Positions 1-8,353 of a stretch of 20,000 nt of DNA are shown here, piece by piece. Numbering within the stretch: the first letter of the stretch is position 1; each line of letters starts with the position of its first letter. Position numbers and translations under genes: made by a program. The notes beneath the pieces were generated by a model. It searched no databases. It saw nothing but the letters and a program-made list of their open reading frames with translations, and had not been told where the DNA came from. Source of the DNA: an uncultured virus (IMG/VR IMGVR_UViG_3300007512_002491) (taxonomy: Duplodnaviria; Heunggongvirae; Uroviricota; Caudoviricetes); IMG/VR virus record IMGVR_UViG_3300007512_002491; one strand, 5' to 3'.

Positions 1-1780
1 TGCCAGAAGCACGCATCAAGGCTTTTATACCATGCATTGTCCCCTTGGATCTAATAACGTGATTGAGGTTTGTGAGCATCCTACGCCATATTTCATCCTG
101 AATTCTTCTCAGTGTTTTTTGAGAAAGAGATGGCTCATAATTAAGATTTTTACCAAAGTGAAACTGAGCTATATTAGCATTGGCAAAATTAGTAGGAAGA
201 TCGAACCCATAATGGTTAGCAAAAAACAGCAACATTTGATCTGAAATTGTGCCTTCGCTATCGTAATCCATTTTAAGCAAGTCACCAAATTGATCTATAT
301 AAACTTTTATTTCATCGAAAAATTTTGCCCAAGTAAAAAGTAAAGATGCAATAATTTGCGGTGATCCCATCTTGCCGCCACCTGGAAAATCTTTCGTATA
401 AGAATATGCGTCGCCTCTACCAGCATATTCGTCATCGTAGCCTTCTGTTGTTGAAGCTTCTAATAAATAATGTGCTGGTATTAACTTAGTGATTAAGTTT
501 GGGTTATTAGCATCATATAAACTTGCAGAATATAATAAGTCAACATTAAGAGCTACGACATCGGGTTGTGCCGGGAATAAAACTGGGTTTTTTGACTCGT
601 ATTCGTATAATACAGGCCGAGTTAGATCACGTAAGTCCCGAAGCGTATAATCAAAATTTTCTATTCTAGAATGAAGAGAATTTCCTGACGCATCGAGGAC
701 TATATTGTTGTTTGGATAAGAACCAGTAGCTTCATTAAACTTAAAATAAGCCTTTAGCTGCGGCGATGGCTGTACGCTAGCGCTCATTTCGGTCTTAATC
801 TGTTTTTGAGTTCTTAGCCCTTGGAATATTTTTACTTCGTCTAAGGAACCAGAAAAAGTTTGGTTTGGCCAAAAGCCGATCGAGAGATGCTTAGACCCAG
901 AACCAATCAATAGATCGCTAGCGCCGCCCGCAAAAGATCCCATCGCTGCGGAGTTTGAAGATGAAGCTACTAAATTACCAGAAAGATATATTCTCATCTG
1001 TGGTATGTCAGTCGTATTTCTATCATAAACACACGCGATGTGTCTCCACCCACCCCGAGGGATGCGTGCAGTAACTGTTTGAGATGTTGATCCGCTTGAT
1101 ATTCCGAACTTCAGCTGTGTATTCTTTAAATGGGCGCTAGGCGATAAGCCGATAGTGTATCCACCGACCGAGGCCACCCCATTGGGATCATTTATTTTTT
1201 GAAATACAACTTGCCTGCCATTGGCTTCATTCGGAACATGAATATAAAACTCTATTGAAAAGCTTTTTGTTCCGGGGTCTAAAACAGTTGCGGCGTCTCT
1301 TCTCGTAGAAAGCGAAGGATAAAGAATACCCGCGGTATCTTTTATTCTGATGTAGCTTCCCTCTGTTGGGGGTCCGTCATCAGACCCCGAAAAGAAAAGC
1401 CACCCCAGATGCTTTGGCCATTTATCAAATACCCATTTTTCAAATCCCGTGAGATTTTCCATAAAAAGATCAATGTCGCCCTGTTTTCCATCGAATGGAA
1501 AGTAGTTAATAACTGTATCAAAAGTAACGTTTACTTTTGACTCGGCTGAATTAAAAAATGTGTGATTAACAAAATCAGACCAATCTAAAGGTATTTGTTG
1601 CGTGCTTTTTAAAGGTGCGCCAGGAGCATCAAACTCAAATGAATCTCCGCCAATTAAAGACCCAGATAAATCCCCAGTGTCTTTCTTTAGAACTGTTGGA
1701 TCTTCTTCTGTTATTTTTGTTACAAGCCGAGGAGAAAAAAGACCTCCCCTAGTGAAAAAGCTTGTGGGGCGTTTTGCCAT
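1..1780 (-). CDS. Large baseplate wedge/tail protein with LamG (ConA-like) domain and gp7/P2-gpI-like motif; partial, runs off the left edge (at least 593 aa)
   Basis: Not in the ORF track; translated by hand. ATG at 1780 overlaps the upstream stop (TAATG) and the frame is open to the window edge (MAKRPTSFFTRGGLFSPRL...). LamG-like motifs at about 660-1270: SFSIEFYIH, WRHIACVYDR, MRIYLSGNLV, FSGSLDEVKIF, LKAYFKFNE, IVLDASGN. It ends EIWRRMLTNLNHVIRSKGTMHGIKALM, a KGT..GI..L motif typical of gpI/gp7-type wedge proteins. Confidence 0.8.
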   Translation of the reverse strand, partial: MAKRPTSFFTRGGLFSPRLVTKITEEDPTVLKKDTGDLSGSLIGGDSFEFDAPGAPLKSTQQIPLDWSDFVNHTFFNSAESKVNVTFDTVINYFPFDGKQGDIDLFMENLTGFEKWVFDKWPKHLGWLFFSGSDDGPPTEGSYIRIKDTAGILYPSLSTRRDAATVLDPGTKSFSIEFYIHVPNEANGRQVVFQKINDPNGVASVGGYTIGLSPSAHLKNTQLKFGISSGSTSQTVTARIPRGGWRHIACVYDRNTTDIPQMRIYLSGNLVASSSNSAAMGSFAGGASDLLIGSGSKHLSIGFWPNQTFSGSLDEVKIFQGLRTQKQIKTEMSASVQPSPQLKAYFKFNEATGSYPNNNIVLDASGNSLHSRIENFDYTLRDLRDLTRPVLYEYESKNPVLFPAQPDVVALNVDLLYSASLYDANNPNLITKLIPAHYLLEASTTEGYDDEYAGRGDAYSYTKDFPGGGKMGSPQIIASLLFTWAKFFDEIKVYIDQFGDLLKMDYDSEGTISDQMLLFFANHYGFDLPTNFANANIAQFHFGKNLNYEPSLSQKTLRRIQDEIWRRMLTNLNHVIRSKGTMHGIKALMRASG

Positions 1781-3315
1781 TAGTTCACCTTAAAGCTTGG
1801 GCTCGCTGCTTCATATATTCTATTTTGATCAAAGTCTTTTACTAACAAATCTATTACGTATACATGGCCGCGTGGGAGCGATTCACAACGGAGCTCAAAA
1901 CTTAATCCTCCGCTATTAGAAGAAAGTTTAGTGCCTCCGGTAGATGAATCAAAAGGAATAACTGTTTTACCAGTACTCTGATTTCTTATCCTATAATAAA
2001 CTTGCGATAAAATTATACTCTTTCTAGAATACGGAAGTTTACTAGCTTTATCTTTTATTTCAAAATTTCTTATAAAAATATTGAGCTTAGCTACATCTAA
2101 AGAGTTATAAGATTTTTCCATATTGGTAAAGTGGAAAAATAAATCAGCTGGAGCATAATTGTAAGATGTTCTATAGGGTAGCTTTACTTCTAAGCTGCCT
2201 GTATAATACCCAACTGTTCCGTCTATCGATGTCCAATATTCGTCAAATTCAACAGAGCCGCTCTTGTACGCGAGGTCTAATAATCTTTGAGTAGTGTTAA
2301 CTTTTGTAGCTTCGTTTAAAGAAACAGCGAAAGAAGCAGAATATAAACCCTTAGCTCCAGTGCTAGAAGTGCCATCTGTATGTTGAGATCCGGTAAAATA
2401 AAGAGCTAGATCTTGTTTTTCTAACCTAAGCATTATGCAGTTATTGCCAGAAAGCTCGGAAGCAGCAGTTCCAGATAAGATATTAGCAGGAGTTCCCCGG
2501 TGAAAATTATTTAAAAATATAGATCCACTCACGTCAAAAATAAAGTCTTCGTGGTGGTCGATAATACTGTCATCATAGCTAATATGAAGCTGTGGAGCTT
2601 TAAATGGATCTGACACGTGTCTTGATCCAAACCTCTTAACAAATCTAGTTTTCGTATCCGTTTCTTGAGAGCCACTAAAAGAAATCCTGAGCCCCATATT
2701 CGGTATTTGATCGCTCAATACACCAGAAACTATAGTAGTAATATCAATATCTAAATCTTCGCTGCCTTTTTTGAAAAGCTGAACTTTTCCAAGGTCTACT
2801 ACTCCAGAGCCCAAAGACCCAGAAGAAATATAGTCTATATCAGTAGATCCAAGTAGGCCACCGTGGTTAGCGCCCGTAACTTCCCAAACATTGGCTGAGC
2901 TATTAGAATAAGAGGCGGTTATCCAATTAGCAACATCTATGTCTTGAAATGCTGCTACATCTCTTCCGACACCCTCGTCGAAAGATTTTGAAAGTGGATA
3001 CACTATCGCTTTAAAGTTTTTTGGCACCCCTTGTCCAGCGTAAACGTCGAACAGTCTAAGTCTAGCCCTAAATGTATTAGAATTTACGTCTAATTTAGAA
3101 GCTGTCAAGCTTTGAATGGTGTCGAAATTAAACTTTAAAAGAATTCTAGAAAGCTCAATAGGGTAATTTGATCCAGAAAGAGAAGACTCGTTGTATAGCT
3201 TAAAAAGGTCTAAGGTTCCGGCTCTTCCAACATTCGCATCAGTAGCTCTAAACTTATTGTCTATTATTTTATTAGTAATATAAGTGCTTTTGCTAGCTGT
3301 CAAAATTAAATACAT
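1780..3315 (-). CDS. Virion structural (baseplate-associated) protein, 511 aa, N-terminal DNRLRE/CBM96-like beta-sandwich
   Basis: Lies between gp6 and the LamG wedge protein and is translationally coupled to the latter. The pattern ASKSTYI...NVG...SRILLKFNF...ARLRLF...VYPLSKSFDEG...ANW...W resembles DNRLRE-type domains. Rich in S/G/T. Confidence 0.6.
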   Translation of the reverse strand: MYLILTASKSTYITNKIIDNKFRATDANVGRAGTLDLFKLYNESSLSGSNYPIELSRILLKFNFDTIQSLTASKLDVNSNTFRARLRLFDVYAGQGVPKNFKAIVYPLSKSFDEGVGRDVAAFQDIDVANWITASYSNSSANVWEVTGANHGGLLGSTDIDYISSGSLGSGVVDLGKVQLFKKGSEDLDIDITTIVSGVLSDQIPNMGLRISFSGSQETDTKTRFVKRFGSRHVSDPFKAPQLHISYDDSIIDHHEDFIFDVSGSIFLNNFHRGTPANILSGTAASELSGNNCIMLRLEKQDLALYFTGSQHTDGTSSTGAKGLYSASFAVSLNEATKVNTTQRLLDLAYKSGSVEFDEYWTSIDGTVGYYTGSLEVKLPYRTSYNYAPADLFFHFTNMEKSYNSLDVAKLNIFIRNFEIKDKASKLPYSRKSIILSQVYYRIRNQSTGKTVIPFDSSTGGTKLSSNSGGLSFELRCESLPRGHVYVIDLLVKDFDQNRIYEAASPSFKVN

Positions 3316-3322
3316 TTTATTC

Positions 3323-5170
3323 CTATTGCGCCGTTCCTATTATTACAGAATCAGGATACTTCATTTCGAATATGCAGCCTTCTGGCCCGATGAAAAGGCC
3401 TTTATGCTTGTTTTCTTCTAAATCATGCTCGTAGTCGCTGTATGAATTAGCCCCCACTGTACCTGAATAGTTGATGAATTCTAAATCTACTAAAGATAAA
3501 ACTCCGTCTGTATTAATAATCGCATTAATTACATCGCTCTCTACAATTGGCTGGTCTATCTGAAAATATTTTATATCAGAAACTTCTTTTATAGCATTTA
3601 TCACATTTTGGATAACCGTACTTTTATTTGCATCTGGTGAGCAAACAACAGAAAAATTAACTCCATAATTTATAACAGTGGCATCTAAAATATCTACCGC
3701 ATCAGAAACTAATCGGAACTCGTTGAGATATTTTGAAATATTTATTTTTAGAGCGTCGGGAGCAATTACTAAATTTAAATTAGCGTCTCTAGCTATAATG
3801 TAAAGATTAGACGACAGTGGATTATCGGGGTTATGGTGAATTCCTGCTCTAAAAATTCTCCCAAAAGTATTTGGAAGAGTGTAGAGTCTAGCTAATAAAT
3901 CTTGCTGCGTAACAATTCTAGCTTGTTGGTTTCTAGCTGATTGAATTAAAGCTTTGAGCCCTTCAATAGATAATGGAGGCGCTCCACCGGAAGCGGGAAC
4001 TAAGTTTTTAACATCCAAAGATTGAATTACAGAATCCTGAACTGAAGAGCTCGGATTTTCTGGAAACATAATCTCTAAAGATTTGATAGTTCTAATAGAC
4101 TCTGCAGATACGTTGTGAGTGGACCCTCCACCATATCGATACATGACCTCAATTGAAGTGTTAACTGGCGCTATTCCAAGTGTGGAGGTTCTTAATAAAG
4201 CATTCGGATCTATAGAAAATCGAGGCATTGTTGTTGTGCCGTAAAGTGGGAGAGCTAAAACACTAAGGTCTGGAATAATGTCGTCATCTGGCGCGCTCGC
4301 GTCTCCAGAGCCAAACTGAATAGTTGTAATCCTAGTTCTGAAATCGGTGTTAGTTACGTATCGATACGGTGCTGGTATGACTTCTAAATTAGAAGTTACA
4401 AGATTTTTTTCATCATCTAAATTTTGGACTGCTTTAAAAACGGTATCTTCTGCTAAGGATTCTACTTTATAATATAAGTTTCTTTCTGAATCTTTTACTC
4501 TAATAATTTGACTTACATCTTGATTAGATAAAGTAATTTTTCTAAATGGTTTAAGAACGTTGGGTATTTTAAAAGATTGAGTTATAATTTTCCCAGATAT
4601 AATTGTTGCTTCTTTAGTAAGGATAAAACTTGTCGGATTATTAGAGTCGTCTACTTCTGAAGTAGTATACGTCGCTATTAAATTTCCATAATCATCAGTT
4701 TCTGCAAAATCACAATCTTCTACTAAAGTAAAAACGATTCCAGAATTAGATTTTAATTGAGTTTCTTTTTTAATCATGGGAAGAGCGGATATTACAGGCG
4801 TATAATCGCCAGAATCAGAAATTTCAGCTGGGGCAGATATGTAAAACGTTAGCGTGCAAACTGAGGGTGCTGCGCCTGCGATTGGAACCCCCGCATTTTT
4901 TGCATGCATTATGATATTAGAAGGCTCAATAGCAGTAATCGGATTTAGCTCGTTAAACTGATAATCTAAATAAAACGACATTGTATCGCCAACGTAAGCA
5001 GCCATTTCGACTAAAAGGCCTCCGAGGCTTGCTTCTGAAAAATCTTGAATCTTATCAGGAAAGAAAGTTTTGGCATACTTTATCAAATCTCGTCTGAAAG
5101 CAACGAAATCTTTTGCAAGATAAGATTTTTGTGATGTTTTGGCTACTATTTTTGAAGAGTCGACTGACAA
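3323..5170 (-). CDS. gp6: Baseplate wedge subunit, T4 gp6 / baseplate J-like, 615 aa
   Basis: Motifs SYLAKDFVAFRRDLIKYAKTFFP..DFSEASLGGLLVEMAAYVGD..SFYLD, IQFGSG, YRYGGG..NV, ASGGA..SIE and QARIVTQQD. TTG start with a GGAGG Shine-Dalgarno 6 nt upstream. Confidence 0.88.
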   Translation of the reverse strand: MSVDSSKIVAKTSQKSYLAKDFVAFRRDLIKYAKTFFPDKIQDFSEASLGGLLVEMAAYVGDTMSFYLDYQFNELNPITAIEPSNIIMHAKNAGVPIAGAAPSVCTLTFYISAPAEISDSGDYTPVISALPMIKKETQLKSNSGIVFTLVEDCDFAETDDYGNLIATYTTSEVDDSNNPTSFILTKEATIISGKIITQSFKIPNVLKPFRKITLSNQDVSQIIRVKDSERNLYYKVESLAEDTVFKAVQNLDDEKNLVTSNLEVIPAPYRYVTNTDFRTRITTIQFGSGDASAPDDDIIPDLSVLALPLYGTTTMPRFSIDPNALLRTSTLGIAPVNTSIEVMYRYGGGSTHNVSAESIRTIKSLEIMFPENPSSSVQDSVIQSLDVKNLVPASGGAPPLSIEGLKALIQSARNQQARIVTQQDLLARLYTLPNTFGRIFRAGIHHNPDNPLSSNLYIIARDANLNLVIAPDALKINISKYLNEFRLVSDAVDILDATVINYGVNFSVVCSPDANKSTVIQNVINAIKEVSDIKYFQIDQPIVESDVINAIINTDGVLSLVDLEFINYSGTVGANSYSDYEHDLEENKHKGLFIGPEGCIFEMKYPDSVIIGTAQ

Positions 5171-5172
5171 AA

Positions 5173-5664
5173 TTATCCTCCCATATATAAAATGACTTCC
5201 ATTGCTTGCTGGTTAATTCCAGCAACTGGAGCCGAGTAAGTTATTCTTATTCCATTCGGTGCAGTGCCACCCGTGGTGCCATCTCTTGGAGTAGAAAAAG
5301 TTTCAAAATTATGTAAAGTTATAAACGGCATATATTTTTTTGTTGCTTTAGTGATTCTCAACATTGCTTCGGTGTCTGTGCTTTCCGAACCTAGCTCCAT
5401 TACAAGCTCTTGCAAATTAGCACCAAAATCATACATTCCAATTCTTTCACCGTGATTAGTAAGAATTAAATTTTTAAAATTATCTTTTATTAAAGACGCC
5501 TTGTCATGGTGCATCTCGAAAAGATTTCCGAAATCATAATCAAGCGCTACAGGAGTCTTAATTCCAATCGGTGGACGTCTTTTGATGTCCGTACGACGAG
5601 TCTGTCCGTATTCCTCGATAGTCTCACCAACAGACTTAAATTTATATGTTCTTGAGTTAGACAT
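5173..5664 (-). CDS. gp25: Baseplate wedge subunit gp25/GPW family, 163 aa
   Basis: IKDNFKNLILTNHGERIGMYDFGANLQELVME matches the gp25 L.T..GER...P.FG..L signature; sits immediately upstream of gp6. Confidence 0.88.
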   Translation of the reverse strand: MSNSRTYKFKSVGETIEEYGQTRRTDIKRRPPIGIKTPVALDYDFGNLFEMHHDKASLIKDNFKNLILTNHGERIGMYDFGANLQELVMELGSESTDTEAMLRITKATKKYMPFITLHNFETFSTPRDGTTGGTAPNGIRITYSAPVAGINQQAMEVILYMGG

Positions 5665-5690
5665 TTTCAGACCCTACTTTTTGCCGCTGT

Positions 5691-5700
5691 ATTAAATATT
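5691..5700 (-). promoter_or_regulatory. Candidate late-promoter-like AT motif (AATATTTAAT) upstream of gp25
   Basis: Found in the 64-bp gap ahead of the gp25-gp6 genes, with no good -35 box; analogous to the -10-only T4 late promoter. Single instance only. Confidence 0.25.
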
Positions 5701-5728
5701 CCTCAACATAATTTTATCTGATATTAAT

Positions 5729-6229
5729 TTAAGATAAGTGACACAACGGTGTAAGTTCTGCGTCTCCAAACGGTAGAACAACCATGTGAAAAAATGGAGA
5801 GCCAAAAGAAAAACCAGTGCCCGCTGACTTAACGGGGCCATTTAATTGGGCGTTGAGAACAAAATTCATAGTAGCCTCCGCAATAGCCTCACCTAAATCT
5901 TTACAATTGGCTGCGTAATCTGCGCCGTCTGAAGTATCTGCTGCTGCTTTGAAAGCATTAGTTAATTGAATTGAAAAACCCAAAACCATTGCTTGTAGCC
6001 CAGCATTTGTGCCACCCGGCCGGACTTTGGCCGCCATTCCGGCGTTGATTGCTCTCCTTTCAGATATTCTCCATCTATTCTGAACCCCTGGTGGTACTCC
6101 CGATTCGTATCTATCGTTCCAGCCCGTAAAATCGCCGATCCCTTCACCTACGAGATTTCCAACTTCTCCAGGGAGTTGAGTTACTTCTTGCGCCGTTTCT
6201 TTTACTACGCCTAATAAATCGTCTGACAT
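5729..6229 (-). CDS. Hypothetical baseplate-module protein, 166 aa (between hub/spike and gp25)
   Basis: AAGGA Shine-Dalgarno upstream. Ala-rich helical segment LGEAIAEATMNFVLNAQL. Occupies the slot where spike-tip or accessory proteins usually sit. Confidence 0.55.
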   Translation of the reverse strand: MSDDLLGVVKETAQEVTQLPGEVGNLVGEGIGDFTGWNDRYESGVPPGVQNRWRISERRAINAGMAAKVRPGGTNAGLQAMVLGFSIQLTNAFKAAADTSDGADYAANCKDLGEAIAEATMNFVLNAQLNGPVKSAGTGFSFGSPFFHMVVLPFGDAELTPLCHLS

Positions 6230-6261
6230 TTTGTTATCCTTGTTGGTGTTGTGTTAGTTTG

Positions 6262-7968
6262 TTATTCAGTGAAAACTCTTTCTGATGCAAGACCGGTGAT
6301 CATCGCTCTTACAGATGCAGCTCCAGTAACAAGACAGTCGCCCCCATTGCTCACCTGAGTACATTCGCGGCCGAAGCCCGGTGTTTTGTTACCCATTAGC
6401 GACGAGCCAGCATTCTGCATTGTATCACATATTGCATTTAAAAGATTTTCTAGTTGTTGATATCGAACTACTGGATTAGAGCCTTTTTCGGTCATATAAT
6501 CCAATCTTCCAGAGCCAGATTTAGTTCCATCTGGACCGCCGCCGCGGCCGCCATCTTGGGCGACTTGCAGCACATTAGTTTCTCCAGCTCCTGCTCGATG
6601 CTCATTATCAGGAACTCGGCCCAAATAAATTCTACTGCCCGAAATTTGAATAGTCCCATCTGGCTGTAAGCAAATAGAAGCATGATCGCCAGCTAAATCA
6701 CCCTGCTTCACTATTCTAATAGAACCATTGATTTCTTTTTCTTCGTCTTTTCTAGCAACCAATCTAACGTTATCAGAGCACATTATAACGAATGGTTCTC
6801 CCTCTCTATCAGTGAACTCTTCCCCGAATGGTGTTGCTAGATTTTCGTTTCCAGTATCTATTCCAAAATTTTTATCTCCATCTGTAGCCATTGAAACATA
6901 CACTCGGGCTGAATCATATTTAAAATCAGGGTCTCCCTCATACGGGGGAACGGTTTCGTTGTTTATTTGCGGATTTTTATCAGTCTCTATTGTCGCTGGG
7001 ACTAAGTCTGGGCGTGTGGTGTCGTGGTAATTTTCTATAGTTCTAGGCGCAGTAGCTTCTGGTGCATCACCAAGAGATCCAGTTAAAGTTGGGTTTGTCG
7101 GTAAAAATCTGCCACGACCAGCAACAATGTCAATAGTTCCATTAAAGCTTCTTGTTCCCCCAGCATCTTCAGATGGCGTTATAGTACCCAAAGTGTTTCT
7201 AACATCTCTTGGCATATTTGAATCTGGACGATCTTGCCAAGTCCATCCTCTGTCTTCTCCTAAAATAATAGCAGTGTTATTAGAACCCTGCACCACAAGA
7301 TCTTGAGGCCTCTTACTTAATCTTGGAACTGGCTCCATTTTTACATAAGGATACCAAAAAGAAATTTCTTTAATTAAAGAATAAGCTTCATTACTATTTT
7401 CTAAACCAAATGAACTTATTGAAACTCCAGATCTCGTACCGTCTCCATTTTGAAATTTTGGTAAAATTATTGGTCTAGTTGCTTGAGCTGATTCTAATTG
7501 TGCGCTAGTGCTAAGCGTGGTCGTCGTATAGAGCTTGCGATCTCCATGAGTAAAATTGAGATCGTCTACTTCAGCTTTCTCTGGGCATCTTGATATCCAA
7601 TACGGCAAAGTACCTAAGTCTCCAGCTTTTTCGCCCATTAACCAAACAGTTTCGCCGGGCTTAACTGGCATACAGATGTGCGGTGGAAAAAATGGATAAG
7701 CTATCAATTGAGGGCTGCCTTTTTTTCCATCAGATATAGGCTGGACAATCAAGGCGTTTCTTGGAGCCGAGTCTACATATTGAGCATTTGAAACGAAATA
7801 TTTTGCATTTTCTCTTCTATCTGCCTGGTATTCCCAAAGAGCTAAATCTTGAATACAGTCTTTTACAACTGCTTTAAATAAAATTCTTGCCGGCGCCGGA
7901 GGCGGTGGTGTTGCTGATTCGACTGTTTGTCGACCCATCATTCTTGTTCTGGAATCTTGACTACCCAT
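6262..7968 (-). CDS. Baseplate hub/central spike protein, gp5/gpV/VgrG-like, 568 aa, no recognisable lysozyme domain
   Basis: N-terminal OB-fold-like segment AYPFFPPHICMPVKPGETVWL...YWISR; DLVVQGSNNTAIILG; C-terminal beta-repeat-like SDNVRLVARK..SIRIVK..ASICLQPDGTIQISGSRIYLG; located upstream of gp25 and gp6. Confidence 0.7.
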   Translation of the reverse strand: MGSQDSRTRMMGRQTVESATPPPPAPARILFKAVVKDCIQDLALWEYQADRRENAKYFVSNAQYVDSAPRNALIVQPISDGKKGSPQLIAYPFFPPHICMPVKPGETVWLMGEKAGDLGTLPYWISRCPEKAEVDDLNFTHGDRKLYTTTTLSTSAQLESAQATRPIILPKFQNGDGTRSGVSISSFGLENSNEAYSLIKEISFWYPYVKMEPVPRLSKRPQDLVVQGSNNTAIILGEDRGWTWQDRPDSNMPRDVRNTLGTITPSEDAGGTRSFNGTIDIVAGRGRFLPTNPTLTGSLGDAPEATAPRTIENYHDTTRPDLVPATIETDKNPQINNETVPPYEGDPDFKYDSARVYVSMATDGDKNFGIDTGNENLATPFGEEFTDREGEPFVIMCSDNVRLVARKDEEKEINGSIRIVKQGDLAGDHASICLQPDGTIQISGSRIYLGRVPDNEHRAGAGETNVLQVAQDGGRGGGPDGTKSGSGRLDYMTEKGSNPVVRYQQLENLLNAICDTMQNAGSSLMGNKTPGFGRECTQVSNGGDCLVTGAASVRAMITGLASERVFTE

Positions 7969-7979
7969 ATTTTTTTCTC

Positions 7980-8345
7980 TTATCCACTTATTTTGTTAAA
8001 AATATCATCTGGATCTATTTTAGAATTTTGTTCTTCAGCTTTAGATATTAACTCTGCTAATTTAAGTAATTGGTCGTTAGCTTTATTCATCCTCTCTAGA
8101 TATTTGTTCATTATAGGACCCACAGCAATATGCTCTGCGGCAGTTTGGGTCATTATTGAATATACTTCATGAAAAAGTATATAAGCATTTTCTCTATCTG
8201 TAACTGCGTTTTCATAGATCTCTTTCCACAAAAGCTTTTTCTTGTCTTCTGTGCTCGTAAGAGAATCTAATAAATCTCCAAATTCTTTTATTTTTTTCTC
8301 TTTTTCTTGAATTCTCTTAAGAATGTCTTTTTGCTCTTCTGACAT
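7980..8345 (-). CDS. Hypothetical alpha-helical/coiled-coil protein, 121 aa
   Basis: Clean, co-oriented ORF with 8- and 11-nt gaps to its neighbours; K/E-rich helical composition. Confidence 0.75.
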   Translation of the reverse strand: MSEEQKDILKRIQEKEKKIKEFGDLLDSLTSTEDKKKLLWKEIYENAVTDRENAYILFHEVYSIMTQTAAEHIAVGPIMNKYLERMNKANDQLLKLAELISKAEEQNSKIDPDDIFNKISG

Positions 8346-8353
8346 TTGCTTAC

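Noticed and set aside
6230..6261. C/A-rich intergenic tract (CAAACTAACACAACACCAACAAGGA on the minus strand)
   Set aside because: Too short and irregular for a repeat; most simply an unstructured translation leader before the Shine-Dalgarno site.
3323..7968. Extracellular contractile injection system or T6SS instead of a phage
   Set aside because: The T4-style gp6, phage-type sigma factor, solo Cas4-like nuclease and dense single-strand layout fit a large myophage; no T6SS membrane complex or Afp/PVC ATPase is seen. Not fully excluded, since no capsid genes are in the window.
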